DNA of 64,000 nt from Takakia lepidozioides (Eukaryota > Plantae > Bryophyta). A program made the position numbers and the translations under genes. The notes beneath the pieces were generated by a model that saw only the letters and a list, made by a program, of their open reading frames with translations, did not search any database and was not told where the DNA came from. Every line of letters starts with the position of its first letter. Within the stretch, counting starts at the first letter, position 1. Where the stretch lies: assembly GCA_030704615.1 (NCBI GenBank), contig CM060731.1, forward strand, positions 23,870,001-23,934,000, written 5' to 3'. This document shows positions 1 through 12,736 of the stretch, in pieces.

Positions 1-65
1 GTCGTATTATACTTTTTAATACACATGGTACCTATGGTGGTCTGGCGTATACGTATGGCTTGCAG

Positions 66-3000
66 TATGAGGAGGTTGGTGCAGCCTACCTTGGTGCCTG
101 AGGCACTACGAGAGTCAGTTCCCTACTTCGATCAGCTTGCTATCTCCACTTTCGACTCCTGGCAAAACAAGACTGTTAACACTTTTGACGAGACGATGAA
201 GGTACTCATCCTCCTTTCGGGGTGTGTGTGTGTGTGAGAGCTTTCCCAGGTACCGAATTGTCAATGCTCACAACCAGGTTCTCCCATTTGCTAGACAGAG
301 GGCTTTACTTTGATGGGTCCTGTACATCATGCCAGTATTGATTTACATATCACTGGTGTCGATGATTGAAATAGAGCATCGTGAGTCCCACTTTCCATCT
401 GACTGTAAAGTTCTCCAGCATGTCGTAGTATTTTGGTGAGAAAATCTGCGACGCAGAGAGTAGGGAGGTCATTCACAGCCACACTGCAACATCTTTAAGA
501 GACACTGAGGTTGTGGAAGAGATGCAGTAGCACAAATCAAATCCATATCCCATATGTACTAATGGATCCATCTACTTTTTGATCGTTTGAAGATACAATG
601 ACTGAAAGGTAAAATTTATACTCTACACAATATGTTGTGGGTGGATGTTGCAGTATGCATTTTATGTGGCGGCTTACACGGTGTGTGGGCTTCTACCGGG
701 CCCTGAAGCTGATCAGCTGAAGGTTGACTTTCACGTTATTCAAGAGGGACTTATGGGTATACCCATCAACTTTCCAGGTTTCGCTTACTGTTCATCATTG
801 AAGGTGAGTTCCTCCCATTCAGGTCACATGGATTTCCTCTACTTAGATGACCCTTGCCTTTGAGCTTTTCTCTCTCACACTCACAAATGATTGGGAGGCT
901 ATGACAGCCAGAGTCTACTCCATACAGCTTTATGACGTCTCTCGAAAGTTAGAATGTCTTGTCCGTGGACATAATCTATAGTTTATGAGACTGTTTCTCC
1001 TTCTCTTAAGAACACAAGGGTACATGAACCATTTGCTGTGTACTTGCAAATCTGTACATTGGTATATAAGAAATCTCTTGAATATGTTTTGTCATTAAAA
1101 GCACCATATATACTTACTGATTCTGGCTTGGACAGGCTGCGAAAGATGCATACAATATACTCTTTGGGGTGATTAGGAGATGCAGAGCGGCTGAGACTAA
1201 GCAACAGAATGTTTTGACTGCATTGCTGGATACGAGACTCAATTTGTCGGACGAAGAGATCAAAGGTGTCCTGATGGCCTTCATATTTGCTGGCCATGAG
1301 ACTTCCGCGACTCTTCTGGTTTGGATTGTCAAGTACCTTGAAGAGAATCCTCAGACACTGGAAGATCTCAAGGTATGTTTGAATTAAGTAGTATGTGAAC
1401 ATGCGTGGATCTTATAAGATGGATGGTGGTGTAGAGCTCTTGATTCTTCTGCACCACTTGTGCACATCTTATTTCTGTAGTTTTGCATTCGAGATTCGTT
1501 TGGGTGACATCATGTATACACTGTTTACCACATGTGTAAAGGTTGGCATCTCATGCTTGTTTCCTCTCGTATCCGTCTTCCTTTACCGAAGTAGTCTTGT
1601 ACGTCACACCAACAAACCTGTAATCTCACAATGTGCAATTGGAAAACATGTATGATGGTGGATTGGCCTCTGCGTGATGGATGCAAGGTTGAGCACTTCA
1701 AAATCCAAGCAGAAAAGGCGGCAATGGGAGAGGATGAGGCTTTGACACTAGCCAATACCAAAGCCATGCCTCTAACTTCAAGGGTAAGTATGAATGCTAC
1801 CCATTTTATGTACTCATCACCAGATCAAGTACTGGTCCGTTTGCCAATCACAGAAACACACAAAGACAGAAGTAAGAACTTTGTCTGCATGAGCTGGTAT
1901 TAGAATCAGCCCAACTGTGGGGAAAACCTGAGTCCAGCATGACATAATTAGACTCTGGGCAGTCCTTTTGCCTGCAGTATGACAACAGTCCAGGTAGCTG
2001 GATTTCACTGCTCCTCTGAATGTGAGGTGAATGTGCAAGAATCTCACAGCTATTGCTCATTGCTAAATATCAACAGGTGGCTCACGTGGAAAAATACTCA
2101 TGGGTCACGGTTTTAAATTATATTAATGTACTATTACTCCGTAATGCAGGTCATTCAGGAGTCATTGAGAATGTCAGGTGTCACTTCCATCATCCCCAGG
2201 AGTGTAGCTGATGACAACGTTGAATTTGGTGGTAAATAGCCTCAGATATGCTGCACCTGCTCTAGAGTTATCTAGCACAGTGACTGGAAATTCAGACCAG
2301 CAAAATTTGCCACCTAAAATAAGACAGCCAAGGATAATGCACTCTTGTTCCGAGAGGGCTTGAGAACCATGCCAAATGAAGTCTTGCTCGTAACTTCCAA
2401 AATCCAGAACGTGGTGTGGATTTGCAGATTGAGGAGAACTATTCTGACCTTCTTCCACACCTTTTGGGTTTTACTATGGCTTCAGGTCAACATGTAGCTG
2501 TCATTGGGGTCCGGAGCTCATGGGAGAACTAGCGCAGATAGGGCTCTAGTGGATGATTTGATGCCCACTCAGACAGCAGTGACAGCTGATGAAACTGATC
2601 AATCTTGCTGCTTGATATCCATTTACAGGTAAACACTACCCCAAGGGATGGCAATTTTATGTCGCAATTACAGGAATCCACAATGACCCCAAGATTTATC
2701 CTGACCCTTACAAATTCAACCCTTCCAGATTTGAGGTACAAATCAAATAGCAGAACTCATGAAAGCTGTTTTTTACATGTGGTTCAAGAAGAGTTCCGTA
2801 TGGAAATAAATGTATATATTTTAGTAACTCACATCCGTCGTTCTGGGAAGGTCTCCTGCTTTGTTCTTGTCGATTGTCATGTCTGTATTCTCCTCTTACT
2901 TACAGCAGAATTTGGTGGGTTTTACTGACTGTCTGGTTGGAATGTAGGCGCCACTGAAGCCAAACACGTTCCTCCCATTCGGAAGCGGGAACCGAGTCTG

Positions 3001-3442
3001 CCCAGGGAGTGACCTCGCCAAGATAGAAGTGTTCATTTTCATCCATCGCCTTGTCACAAAATGCAGGTGTGTTCTCAAACTTTTATGCAATCCAATGTTA
3101 TGGAGATGGTGGATCTGTTTTCCTAGTTGGGATGGCGTGAGGGTGTTCTTCGGGCTTGACACGTCTACAGAACAGAGATGTCAGACACATGGATGTGCGT
3201 GTGTGTGAGAGAGAGCGCCAGAGAGAGAGAGAACTTGGAATTTGAGGCTGCCCACCATTATTTCCCTAACAAAAAACCACATTTAGAGAAAGCTTCATGG
3301 ATGTAATGCTCCTCAATCCTTATATGGTTGGAAGATTTGATGCAAGTGCAGGTGGAAGATGGTTGGGGATCAGAAAGGCATTCAATACTGGCCCATACGC
3401 CGGCCCAAAGGAGGCCTAGACATCAAGGTTGAACCACTCTAG
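66..3442 (+). CDS. Cytochrome P450, CYP85 clan (CYP707/716/90-like), 5'-partial; exons 66-201, 654-803, 1136-1372, 1688-1783, 2150-2231, 2629-2735, 2948-3066, 3352-3442
   Basis: Spliced frame gives I-helix AFIFAGHETS, K-helix ESLR, PERF-like FNPSRF and heme motif FGSGNRVCPG. Introns are GT-AG with consistent phases in a CYP85-clan-like layout; stop TAG 3440-3442. Subfamily not resolvable by eye. Confidence 0.93.
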
Positions 3443-4658
3443 GCTCCGAATTAATCTACAACAGTTCCCTACAGAATGCCAACCAATATAGTTGTACCCA
3501 TGTACAGTGTACACCTCAAAATTGACGCACAATCATTAATATACAATGTAATCTATAGTAATCAACTTGTGTACAGTGCTTAAAAACTTTGATGTCGCCA
3601 TCACCTCCAGTAGATTGGACAATTGCTCGAGTATTGTGTACTCCATCGCCATGCTTACATCACCTGCATTGAAGTCTGTCAGTGTTGGTAACTTCGTATG
3701 TGCGCAGTTTAGTGCGAGACTCGAGTTGCTTTCTAGTAAAAGTACAGACAGCCGCTATCACTGAGCAGTGTGCTCGCTTCATCATCGCTCTCTGTCTGCA
3801 TCGTCCACACGCGAGAAAACGAAAGCGAACTCCTCACCTTCACGGGAACTACACAAAACTAAACGGGAAAAAAAAAAAGGGAAAAAAACTTTGGACAGTG
3901 TGAACTTTGGATACCAAGTGTGAGTTACACCGAGTTACAGTCGCTGGCGTGGAAACAGGTGTAACCCCGAGTGGAGTTTAGTGTCACCCTACTGAGCTTC
4001 AGTTCCATCTTCTCTAGAGGGGGTGGGGAAGCTTTGACATGCTGGATTCATGTCAAAAATCGCACGTGTGCATTAAGATCTTACATTATTCCTAGTGTCC
4101 TGCGGTGCCCACTTGCTTGTTGGCCATTGTGCTCTTGGAGGTCATTTTTTCCTCTGTTTTAGTATCTTGTTTTTATTTATTTATTTATTTTGTTATTTTG
4201 TTTTTGGCAATTTGATCAATAGGGTATTTTATTTATTTATTTTAAGAAACAAAAAGAAGAACCGGTGTTTCCAAACACCTCATAAAATTAAAAAAAACAA
4301 AAAAGAGAAAAACAGGGGACAGAGGCCTTTTGGAATTATTAGGGGGAAAGAAATCAAAACGCCTGCCAAGCCCCTCCATAATGCACACTCGGGAAGTGTT
4401 TTTTTAAGAAATTTGGAAAACAGCACGAGTGGCTATAGGGTTTTGCAAAAAATAGAGTACATTCTGTTCATCCACTGAATTGCATCCATTTATATCATCT
4501 ATATTTGGCGAATTCATCCATAATTTATGTTTTATTTGGAGAAATTTCGTGATTTCATCCATGAAAAAACAGGGAATTTTCGACAGAATATTTTATTTTA
4601 TTTTTTGAAATCCGGCGAGAATTCGCATAAAAGACACGCTTGACGGCACACACGCGGC

Positions 4659-4660
<2 letters not shown>

Positions 4661-4699
<39 letters not shown>
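4661..4699. repeat. poly(T)39 tract
   Basis: Uninterrupted T run read directly. Confidence 0.95.
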
Positions 4700-4703
<4 letters not shown>

Positions 4704-5091
4704 ACAGGGGACAAGGGTCATTTCCTTGAGAGAAGAGGGCTTTGAGAAGAAGGCGCGGGCAATGTAGATCGCTCCGCAAGTTGTGGTGAGGCCGTTTTTG
4801 GCTCTCTCTGTCAACGATCGAGCCCTGTCGTCGTCCTTGCACCTCCCCGGCTAAGCTAAGGTGTACTGAAGCTAGGCACAGTTTTCAGTATCCCCTAAAG
4901 ACAACAGAAATGTCTCAATGGGCCTGCCCTCCCAACTCATGAACTAACAGAATTTTCTTCGTCTCCCCACTTCTCTCCTTTTCTCTACCTCCCTTGGTAA
5001 GCTCCCCCTTTCATCATCAGCTGCTCCATCTCCCCTATGCATTGATGGGCCGCCTTCCGTAACTTTGACATGATTCTGCCAATGTGACAAC

Positions 5092-5451
5092 ATGAAAGTA
5101 TCAGAAACATGTAACACAGACGAGGAGAAGTTGTGGAATGAATACGTTTCTGACCCCAGTCAATGGTGGGACAATCAAGGCAAGAAGGTGAATGTGTGTT
5201 GGATTATAGAGAGTAGCAGATGCAATTGAGTGTAGGAACTAGTGTGATTAGTTGAGTTGGGTGCTTCCTAGAACAAGTCTAGGCTGTCATCGTCAACTGC
5301 TAGCAGCAAGGCAAGGTTGTATGCATGATTCGTGCGAGGCATGGATAGCTGAAGGAGCAAGGATAGAGTGTGGGTGCAGATTCACCCAAGAGGGCCGGAC
5401 TTCAAGCTCCAGATTAACTATGAAGCTACAAGAATTTGCTGTACTGGGTAG
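5092..5451 (+). pseudogene. OSB-type (organellar ssDNA-binding) PDF-motif fragment, exons 5092-5187 and 5380-5451
   Basis: Spliced peptide EEKLWNEYVSDPSQWWDNQGKK/IHPRGPDFKLQ matches the PDF motif consensus (W..f..P..WWDNR..K..p..PDFK); terminates early at TAG 5449-5451. Confidence 0.7.
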
Positions 5452-5692
5452 GTACTTCGACGGCCCAGTTTGTCTTTTTGCATGATAACACCCGCTTTTG
5501 CAGTACAGGCAAAGCGGAGTACTTCGCCCCTTAGGCCACATGTTCGAATTCGAACACTCTTCCGTCGCCCTCTATCCGCGTGGCTTTTTCTCCGAGTTTG
5601 ACTCCCAAGCTGACCTTACACTTATCGGCCACTTTTCTGACGTTAAACCCGCGTCCACCTGTCACTGACCCTATGGACTGTGCCACCCGCAT

Positions 5693-5819
5693 GGGCTGTG
5701 TTGGGCTGTGTTGGGCTGTGACAGGTTGTGTCAAACTGTGACGAGCTGTGATAGGCTGTGTGATGCTGTGATGGGCTGTGATAAGCTGTGTCATACTGTG
5801 GTGACCTGTGATGACTGTG
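5693..5819. repeat. ~10-bp minisatellite (core CTGTG), ~13 degenerate copies
   Basis: gggctgtgtt gggctgtgtt gggctgtgac aggttgtgtc aaactgtgac ... periodicity seen directly. Confidence 0.85.
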
Positions 5820-5899
5820 TAAACACCCGTGTTCTACGCTCAGGCCATACACATTCAGCTTTACGATAAGTGCCTCATGCTCCGCTGGTATTACCAGTG

Positions 5900-7511
5900 T
5901 AGTCCGTGACTGCTTCTGTGTTTCAATATGCAAATCATGTTGCAATGGATCATGGATACCACTGTATCCCTTTAACTTATTGGCATTAACTCTTAGACCC
6001 ATAACAACCTTCTTATCTAGGTGGTCCGAAAAGTGGGGGCATTTGAATTTGTCATCAGCCAATTGGGACTCGGTGTGGAAAGATATATGGAAAAAACAGA
6101 GGGCTGCCAAAATCTCAGGCTTCTTGTGGAAGCTGGCTCATAGAATCTTGCCTGTCAATGCCAAGACCTTATTCAACAATGCTACTTGCGGTTTATGCAT
6201 GTCACACCCTGAGTCCATCGAGCACTGTTTGGCAGACTGTCCCTTCCCTGCTAGAGTTTGGAGAGTTGTGTTAGGCTTTTATTCATGTTGGGAGTCTTTT
6301 CCATCCCCAACCCCCTCCTCTCTTCTGCTCTTAAATTTCTTGCCTGCTCATGTGCCATCTGTTTGCCCTGTGTAGGCAAGTCTTAGAGCTTTAACCTTAT
6401 GGAACCTCTGGAAGGTTAGATGTGCTCTTGTTTTTGAAGGGAGACCCCCCAGGGGCAGGTCTGTGTTTTTTTGCATTTATCAAGACCTGCTTACTGAGGG
6501 AAGGAAGGCTTGGGATATTTTGTGTGCAGCTGTTTCCAGATCTTCAGAACAACGTGGCAGGCAGCTCATCAATAGCTTTCAGCAGTCCTAGGGCAAAAAT
6601 GACATTCTTGGAACTTGTCTTCCCAACATGCGGTACTGCTAGATAGTCTCCACTCCCAATTCATGGGATATCTCCTGGTGATGGGGACGATGTGGACTTC
6701 AACTAGAGGCACAAGAAGCCTCACATTGCCAAGTCTAGGACTCAGCTGTGTTTTTAGCATGTAGCTCGAGTTTCTTTTCTCAAACTTCTCCCTACTCCAG
6801 ACTTGGGTACTACTTTTGCCACCAGGCAGCTGTTCTACTTGTTATCATCCTCCTCGGCTGCTTATCAACCTTGCTCTTTAGGCTCACCTGCTTTATCTCT
6901 CTTCATGCACTAGCTGCATTCATCTTTATCCTGCTCATTCGCTTGCTTTGCTCTTAGCTAGTATGCTTGGTCACGGAGAAGTTCCCCCTCAGTGAGCCTC
7001 TAGTTACACACAACACTCAGTGTTTTCAGTACAGACCATGGATTGTGCTTACACCCCCAACCCTGACTGTGTTCCCGTGTTGGTTGTGGGATGCATTTGG
7101 GCAGGTAATGTGGTCACCAGGCCCATCGCGAGGCTGTCTGTTCTGGCTGGATTGTGCGTGGTATATGAGACGTCAGCAAACATTTCGCCCACCCAACAGA
7201 CAACCCAAATCAGCTTTGTTGCTGTAGCACTCAAGAATGCCTCTTCCCCTCACGTTCAATGTCTTGTTTATTGTGAACACCACCCTAACTACCACCTCTG
7301 GATGCATACTTTTGCCCTCACTATATCAAACCATAGCTCTGCCCCAACTTTCTATGTTGTAGCAAACAGCTTTCTTAGTCTAAAGATCACAACAGGTGAG
7401 TTGCTTCTCCTCCCCGGTGGTTATTTTTTCCACCTTAATGTAAACCTTATTTCATTTAATTTGATTAAAAGGGCCCTTGTCCCCCTTTGTTTTTATAAAA
7501 GAGAAAAAAAA
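5900..7511 (+). mobile_element. 5'-truncated L1-type LINE (zf-RVT C-terminus, probable 3' UTR and A-rich tail)
   Basis: FLWKLAHRILPVN...CGLC...ESIEHCLADC...RVWR and, after a stop, LWNLWKVR are typical of the LINE zf-RVT region. A-rich end near 7495-7511; boundaries approximate and no TSD found. Confidence 0.7.
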
Positions 7512-8034
7512 CTTCGTTGAAATTTGGTTTCTAGTTTCCACGCCGGCGACAGAATGGATGAATGAAGTGTAAATGCGGGATGGACGAACATAAATTCAAG
7601 TGGGGCGCGGAGGATGGATGAGTATGGGTGCCGATGAATGATAATCCAAGAAGCGTGATGGGCGAATGATAGTCCCAGGATGTGGATGAACAGACGGCGG
7701 CAGCGGTAGTTGGACAGAGAGAAGGCAGTATAGGCAAGAGCCTTGTCTACGGGCCGGGCAACCCTAATTATATTTCCAGAGAGAAGCACGGGAGGTTGCT
7801 GTTGCTGCTGGCTGCGTTCGGAATCGATCGATTTGGTTTGCGCATTGGTGCAGAGACGGAGGGGAATTGTGGCGAGCAGCCGAGTATCGAGGATAGACCA
7901 TGCGGCAGCACCTGCGGTGTACCCTCGTCTTGGTGACTCCAGTAAGTTTTATTGCGAGCTATCGTCCTGGCACAGGGTCTCTCTCATTATGCAGCGCATC
8001 ATGTGGTGGCCGCTAGGTCGGGTGGTGCACACTC

Positions 8035-11000
8035 ATGGCTTGTCCTCCGCTTGTGCCACTCCTGCACAACTCCTGGCCGGCTAATGGAAGTGCGCGGCGT
8101 AAGGGGGGTCCGCTTGGCTTGAGAAATTTGGGGAATACCTGCTACCTCAACAGTGTGCTGCAGTGCCTCACCTACACGCCACCGCTTGCCGATTTATGCC
8201 TACATGGCCTTCATTCTTCCTGTTGTCAGATTCTCCACCCTTCCAGCTCCTTAGTAGGGATTGCGAATTATGGCATTTTTGAGGTCTAAACTGGTTGAAG
8301 TATGGGCTTGACCTTTGCGTTCTCCGTCAAGTTCCATGCTAGGGTAGAGTAGTGTGAAGAGGATGTAGATTGCATAAGTCTGCTGCAAAGACCTGCATTT
8401 CATGTCAGCCGTTCGTTGGGCTCATTTGTATGTGTTGTATGCAGGTAATGCGTTAAACGGAAAGAATAATAGTAATTGCCCGTTCTGCTTCCTGGAGAAA
8501 CGTATTCAACGTTCTTTGACTACAGATTCTGAGGTTGATGCCCCTGTGAAGATTTATAATCGGCTCCAATACTTTGCCAAGCACTTTCGGAATGGACGCC
8601 AGGAAGATGCCCATGAACTTCTCAGGTACGCAATTGAAGCGTGCAACAGTGTGTGTGTGCAGCTGCATAAATTGTTGTTGGGGAACAAGAGTGCAATCAA
8701 GCATACTGATGCTAAGGGATCGAAGGAGGAGCCACATACAGTGGTGAAAGAGATTTTTGGGGGCATCTTGCAAAGTCAGGTGAAGTGCCTCTCATGTACT
8801 ACCGAATCCAATAAGTTGGACGAGATCATGGATCTCAGCCTCGACATTGTGCGCTTGCACTCTGTGAAGGAGGCTCTCTGTCGCTTCTTTCAGCCTGAGG
8901 TGTTGGATGGTGACAACAAGTACCGGTGCAACCAGTAGGTTTACTTTTCTCTGTCACCCGTTTTCATTTCTTAACCGTGTAAGATGTGACTAGTTCTACA
9001 GAACAAGCACCTCACCAATTGCCCTGTTTGGGGTGCATTTCTCTAGCATGTCGGACAAAACTTGGGGTAACTCAAGTGAGTCAGGAGCATTGGACTGGTA
9101 CAATGATTCTTAATAATTTGAACAAGTTTTGATTGTACTCCATTTGTTGGAGTCAAACTTGAGCCAACAACTCATCATCTCTTTGTTAGTATTGCCTCAT
9201 TATTGTTGTAGAGCATGTGTACCATCCTTTTCCAAATCCTGCACAGAGCAGAAGGCTGTATGTTACATGAAAAACATCACTTCCTTTAAAGCAAGTTCTT
9301 ACAAGTCATAGGTAGAGGATCAACAACTCTGTTACCTATCAATTCTTCCTTTTGCATTCTGTTGGATAGTGTCTCACAGTTTCACTGTCAGAGGGCATGG
9401 TCTCATTACAGTTTTGAGGACTTTCTGGGTTCTTCCTACTAAAGGACATTGTGAACAGTTTGATTGGGTTGGAAATCCAACCGCCCTGTGATTGGCCTGC
9501 ATGGCTGATGCTGATTTGTTGTGGTGATAAGGACGACCAGTTTATTTCAGCTTGTAATTTTGGTCAGGTTTTCGTATAATTGAAGCTTCGAGTACTGAGG
9601 TTAGGTCCTTCTTTTCTTTTTACAGGTGCAAAAAGCTTTCACCAGCTCGTAAGCAGATGGCTGTTTATCGGGCACCCAATGTACTTGTTATTCAATTGAA
9701 GGTGGGGCTTTTCACCCGATTGAGATATTCTTGTAGCTGCCTCCAGTTAGCAAATGGTCCACATGAGACTTACCTATTGTTTGTATTGAAGTGCATACTT
9801 AGTGTTGAAACTCAGATGTACCTCCTGCAAGGAAAGAATGTACATACATAGACATTGTGTTCTTGAGACATCAGCTTTCATTTCCTTCATACTTATTGAA
9901 GACCTAACCCTTTGACCCTGGTGGTTGGGAAATTTGGTCTGTGCAGAGGTTTGAGAACATTTTTGGGGGCAAGATAGACCGCCATGTTTTGTTTGAGGAA
10001 AGATTGGGGCTGGAAGGTCACATGTGCAGAGCAAGCAAGGTAGGAGTATAGCCTGCACTGTTGGCCAATTCTGGCAAGCATAGGTGTCGTCTGCTTTGAA
10101 AAATAACGGTGAGACAGTGGAAAAAGTTGGTAGAGTTTGACACCCCTATCCTCGGTGATTTTGTGTAACACTTACTAACTTTTTGCTCACTGCATTGTAT
10201 AATGAAGGTAGACAGAAGCTCCATCCCCTGTTTCTCTAAATAACTGTATCTCAAGTTCTTTCTCCTTGCACTTGTAGGAAGTAGGCATCAGTAGCATCGT
10301 GAATGTGCAATCATGTTTGCAGGGGAGCAATGGCAGTGCATGTGTCACGAGGTCACAATGCTGGGCTTAAGACTTACTGGCTACTTAGTCTGGCCATGCA
10401 AGGAGAAGATAATTTTCCATATGTGTGATTGAATTGACACAGTAAATCTTGTTGGCTCAGAATGCACGACCGGAGTATGTCCTGTATGGAGTCGTTGTGC
10501 ATGCAGGTCATTCGCAAGATGCTGGACATTATTATGCATATGTCAAGGTACACTTCTCGTCATCATGTAGTTTTCGTCAAGATGAGAAACTTTGATATCA
10601 CTCGGAGTTGGTTGGTGAGGGATCTTTCGACTAAATTTACAGACAGATGTTCTACAGTCAGTAATTGTTCATAAACTGCTCTTTTCCTGCAAGGTGCATG
10701 TCTCTGTGGATGTAACTGAGCCATTATTGGGACTGTGTTGTGCACCAGGATGCCAGTGGAAGATGGTTTTGCTGTAATGATGCCAGTGTCTCTCCAGTAA
10801 ACACTCAGTCTGTCTTAGCAGAAAAGGCTTACATGCTTTTCTATGTTCGCACCTCTGCTGGGCCCAAGATTTGCAAAGAAACGGTGGCTCCATGTGGTGC
10901 TTGGACACCGTCACCGCCAGTTACTCCTGATACAGGACCTTCTGAGTCTCAGAAAAAGTCTGGGCTCTCTACGGCACATCCCGGTCCACTTTTTGGCAAC

Positions 11001-12736
11001 AGTACAAATACAAGTGGGAATGGCAGAGGGACAACAAGCCCTCAGATGAAGCTTGGTGGGACTGTAGCTTTCAATGGTGGAAAGTCTGGACTTGTTGGCA
11101 ATGGTAGCCATTACAAGCTTGAGCCTTTGGTCAATGGCAAGTCTGTGACTAAAGACCATACCTGCAGACAATCAGATTCCATGAGCAATGGCTTGGCTGT
11201 TGATGATCAGTCAGCCTCATTTAACTCCGACAGCATTAAAGGAGATGAGATATTGCCTATTTATGGACCTAATCTTCCCCTACTTCCACTCTCGACCCCT
11301 GCAGAGGGCCTGAGGTCTGCTTATCAGGCTGTCACAGTTGTGTCAACCACCCAATCTGTGATACCAGAGGATCCATCTCAGGTTTGCAAACAAACAGAGT
11401 CAACACTGAATCATTCTTTGGGAGATGGTCCTCTGCCAGCAACAGAAAATGCCAATGGCGGTACGGTAACAAGCTCTCACGCAAAAGCTATCACCCTCTC
11501 TGCTTCCGCACTACTTAGTCAAGGAGCTTCTTCTTTAGGATCTGGTCACGTGTTATCTAAAGAGGAGATGCAAACTCCTGAGCTTTTGGGGAACAACAAG
11601 GAGATAGAATGTAGAGTAGAGGCAGAAGTTGTGCACCAGAAAACTCTGTTGGAGGGGGAGAGAGTCTTCTGTCGGAAAAGGCTGCAGAAGGAAGTTTGTA
11701 GTTCTTTTTCAACAAACGGGCATGAAGAGAAAAGAGAGGGAGTTGCTCCAAATGTTGATACCGATGAGAGGCACGGTTCGATGGATGTGGAGCAGCTATC
11801 AGAGCTTGAGAAGCTGAAGATTCTGTAAGATGAAATTCTATATAATTGTTTTGCTTTAAGCTGTGGTTTTGCGATGTATAATGGATAGAGGAATTCAACC
11901 TGGTGTTCAAGAAATCGGTTTCTGTTTATGGCAAGGAAGGCTATCCCTCCCTGATGATTGTTGGGTGGCAGCCGATCTTTTATGATGGGACATAATTTAG
12001 GCAGGCAGGATTAGATTGTCACATGATTTGTATGCTGACTTGTAAATATTACCAGGCTTGAGAAGGAGGGCCGTGAGGAGTTGCAGCGATCTGGGTGGTG
12101 TGATGCTGTGAGAGAATCCATGCAGGCCGCCAAAAAAAGGCGGTTGCTGCCCAGGGATTTGACTGAGAAAGCTCATTTAAGGTATGTTGAAATATACGTC
12201 TGTGGAGGGATATAGCAGTGGACGGGATACTGAGACCAACTGAGTAGAGGTTCAGCTACACAAATGCTCTGAATCTAGTCATGGTTGTTTGTTACACCAG
12301 CCGAGCTGTGATTGCTACTAGAGGGGTCCTTGAATTTCTAAACCAGTATGTTGAGAACTAGGAACAAGGTCAATTTTTTAAGCCAGATGCTGTTTTTAAA
12401 GCAGGGGAGGTGTCTGCACACATGAGTGAGGTCTATTGTACTGTTGCTCTTATTCTGATTTCCAGTATCCTTTATCTCTTTAATCCCATCTGGATGTGTC
12501 TTCAGATGTGTTCACTGCGGAGGTCATTGGAAAGAAATGTTGGAAACTTTGGTATGCTTGTATGGGTGTTCTTTGGTGATACCAACTATGCACACCATTT
12601 ATTGTGTGTGCCATGTCGATGCAGGAAGCAACTTATTGTTGAGGTGCAAGGGTCACTGAAACTTCAGGTTCCTAGAGAGTTGAAGGAGCACCTGGTGGAA
12701 CAGTTGAGAGCTTTTTTTGCGCCAAAAGACTGCTAG
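8035..12736 (+). CDS. UBP25: Ubiquitin-specific protease (USP/C19), UBP25-like, 749 aa; exons 8035-8224, 8445-8934, 9626-9701, 9947-10039, 10461-10547, 10749-11824, 12056-12181, 12625-12736
   Basis: Cys box [24 protein letters not shown], His box [18 protein letters not shown] and WFCCNDA. Exon lengths sum to 2250 nt in frame; the catalytic domain closely recalls plant UBP25. Confidence 0.92.

Noticed and set aside
1680-1690. AAG splice acceptor in the P450 gene
   Set aside because: Less common but legitimate acceptor and the frame is preserved; not notable.
3600-3790. Possible C/D snoRNA on the minus strand (ATGATGA...CTGA)
   Set aside because: No terminal stem or recognisable rRNA guide; the boxes can occur by chance.
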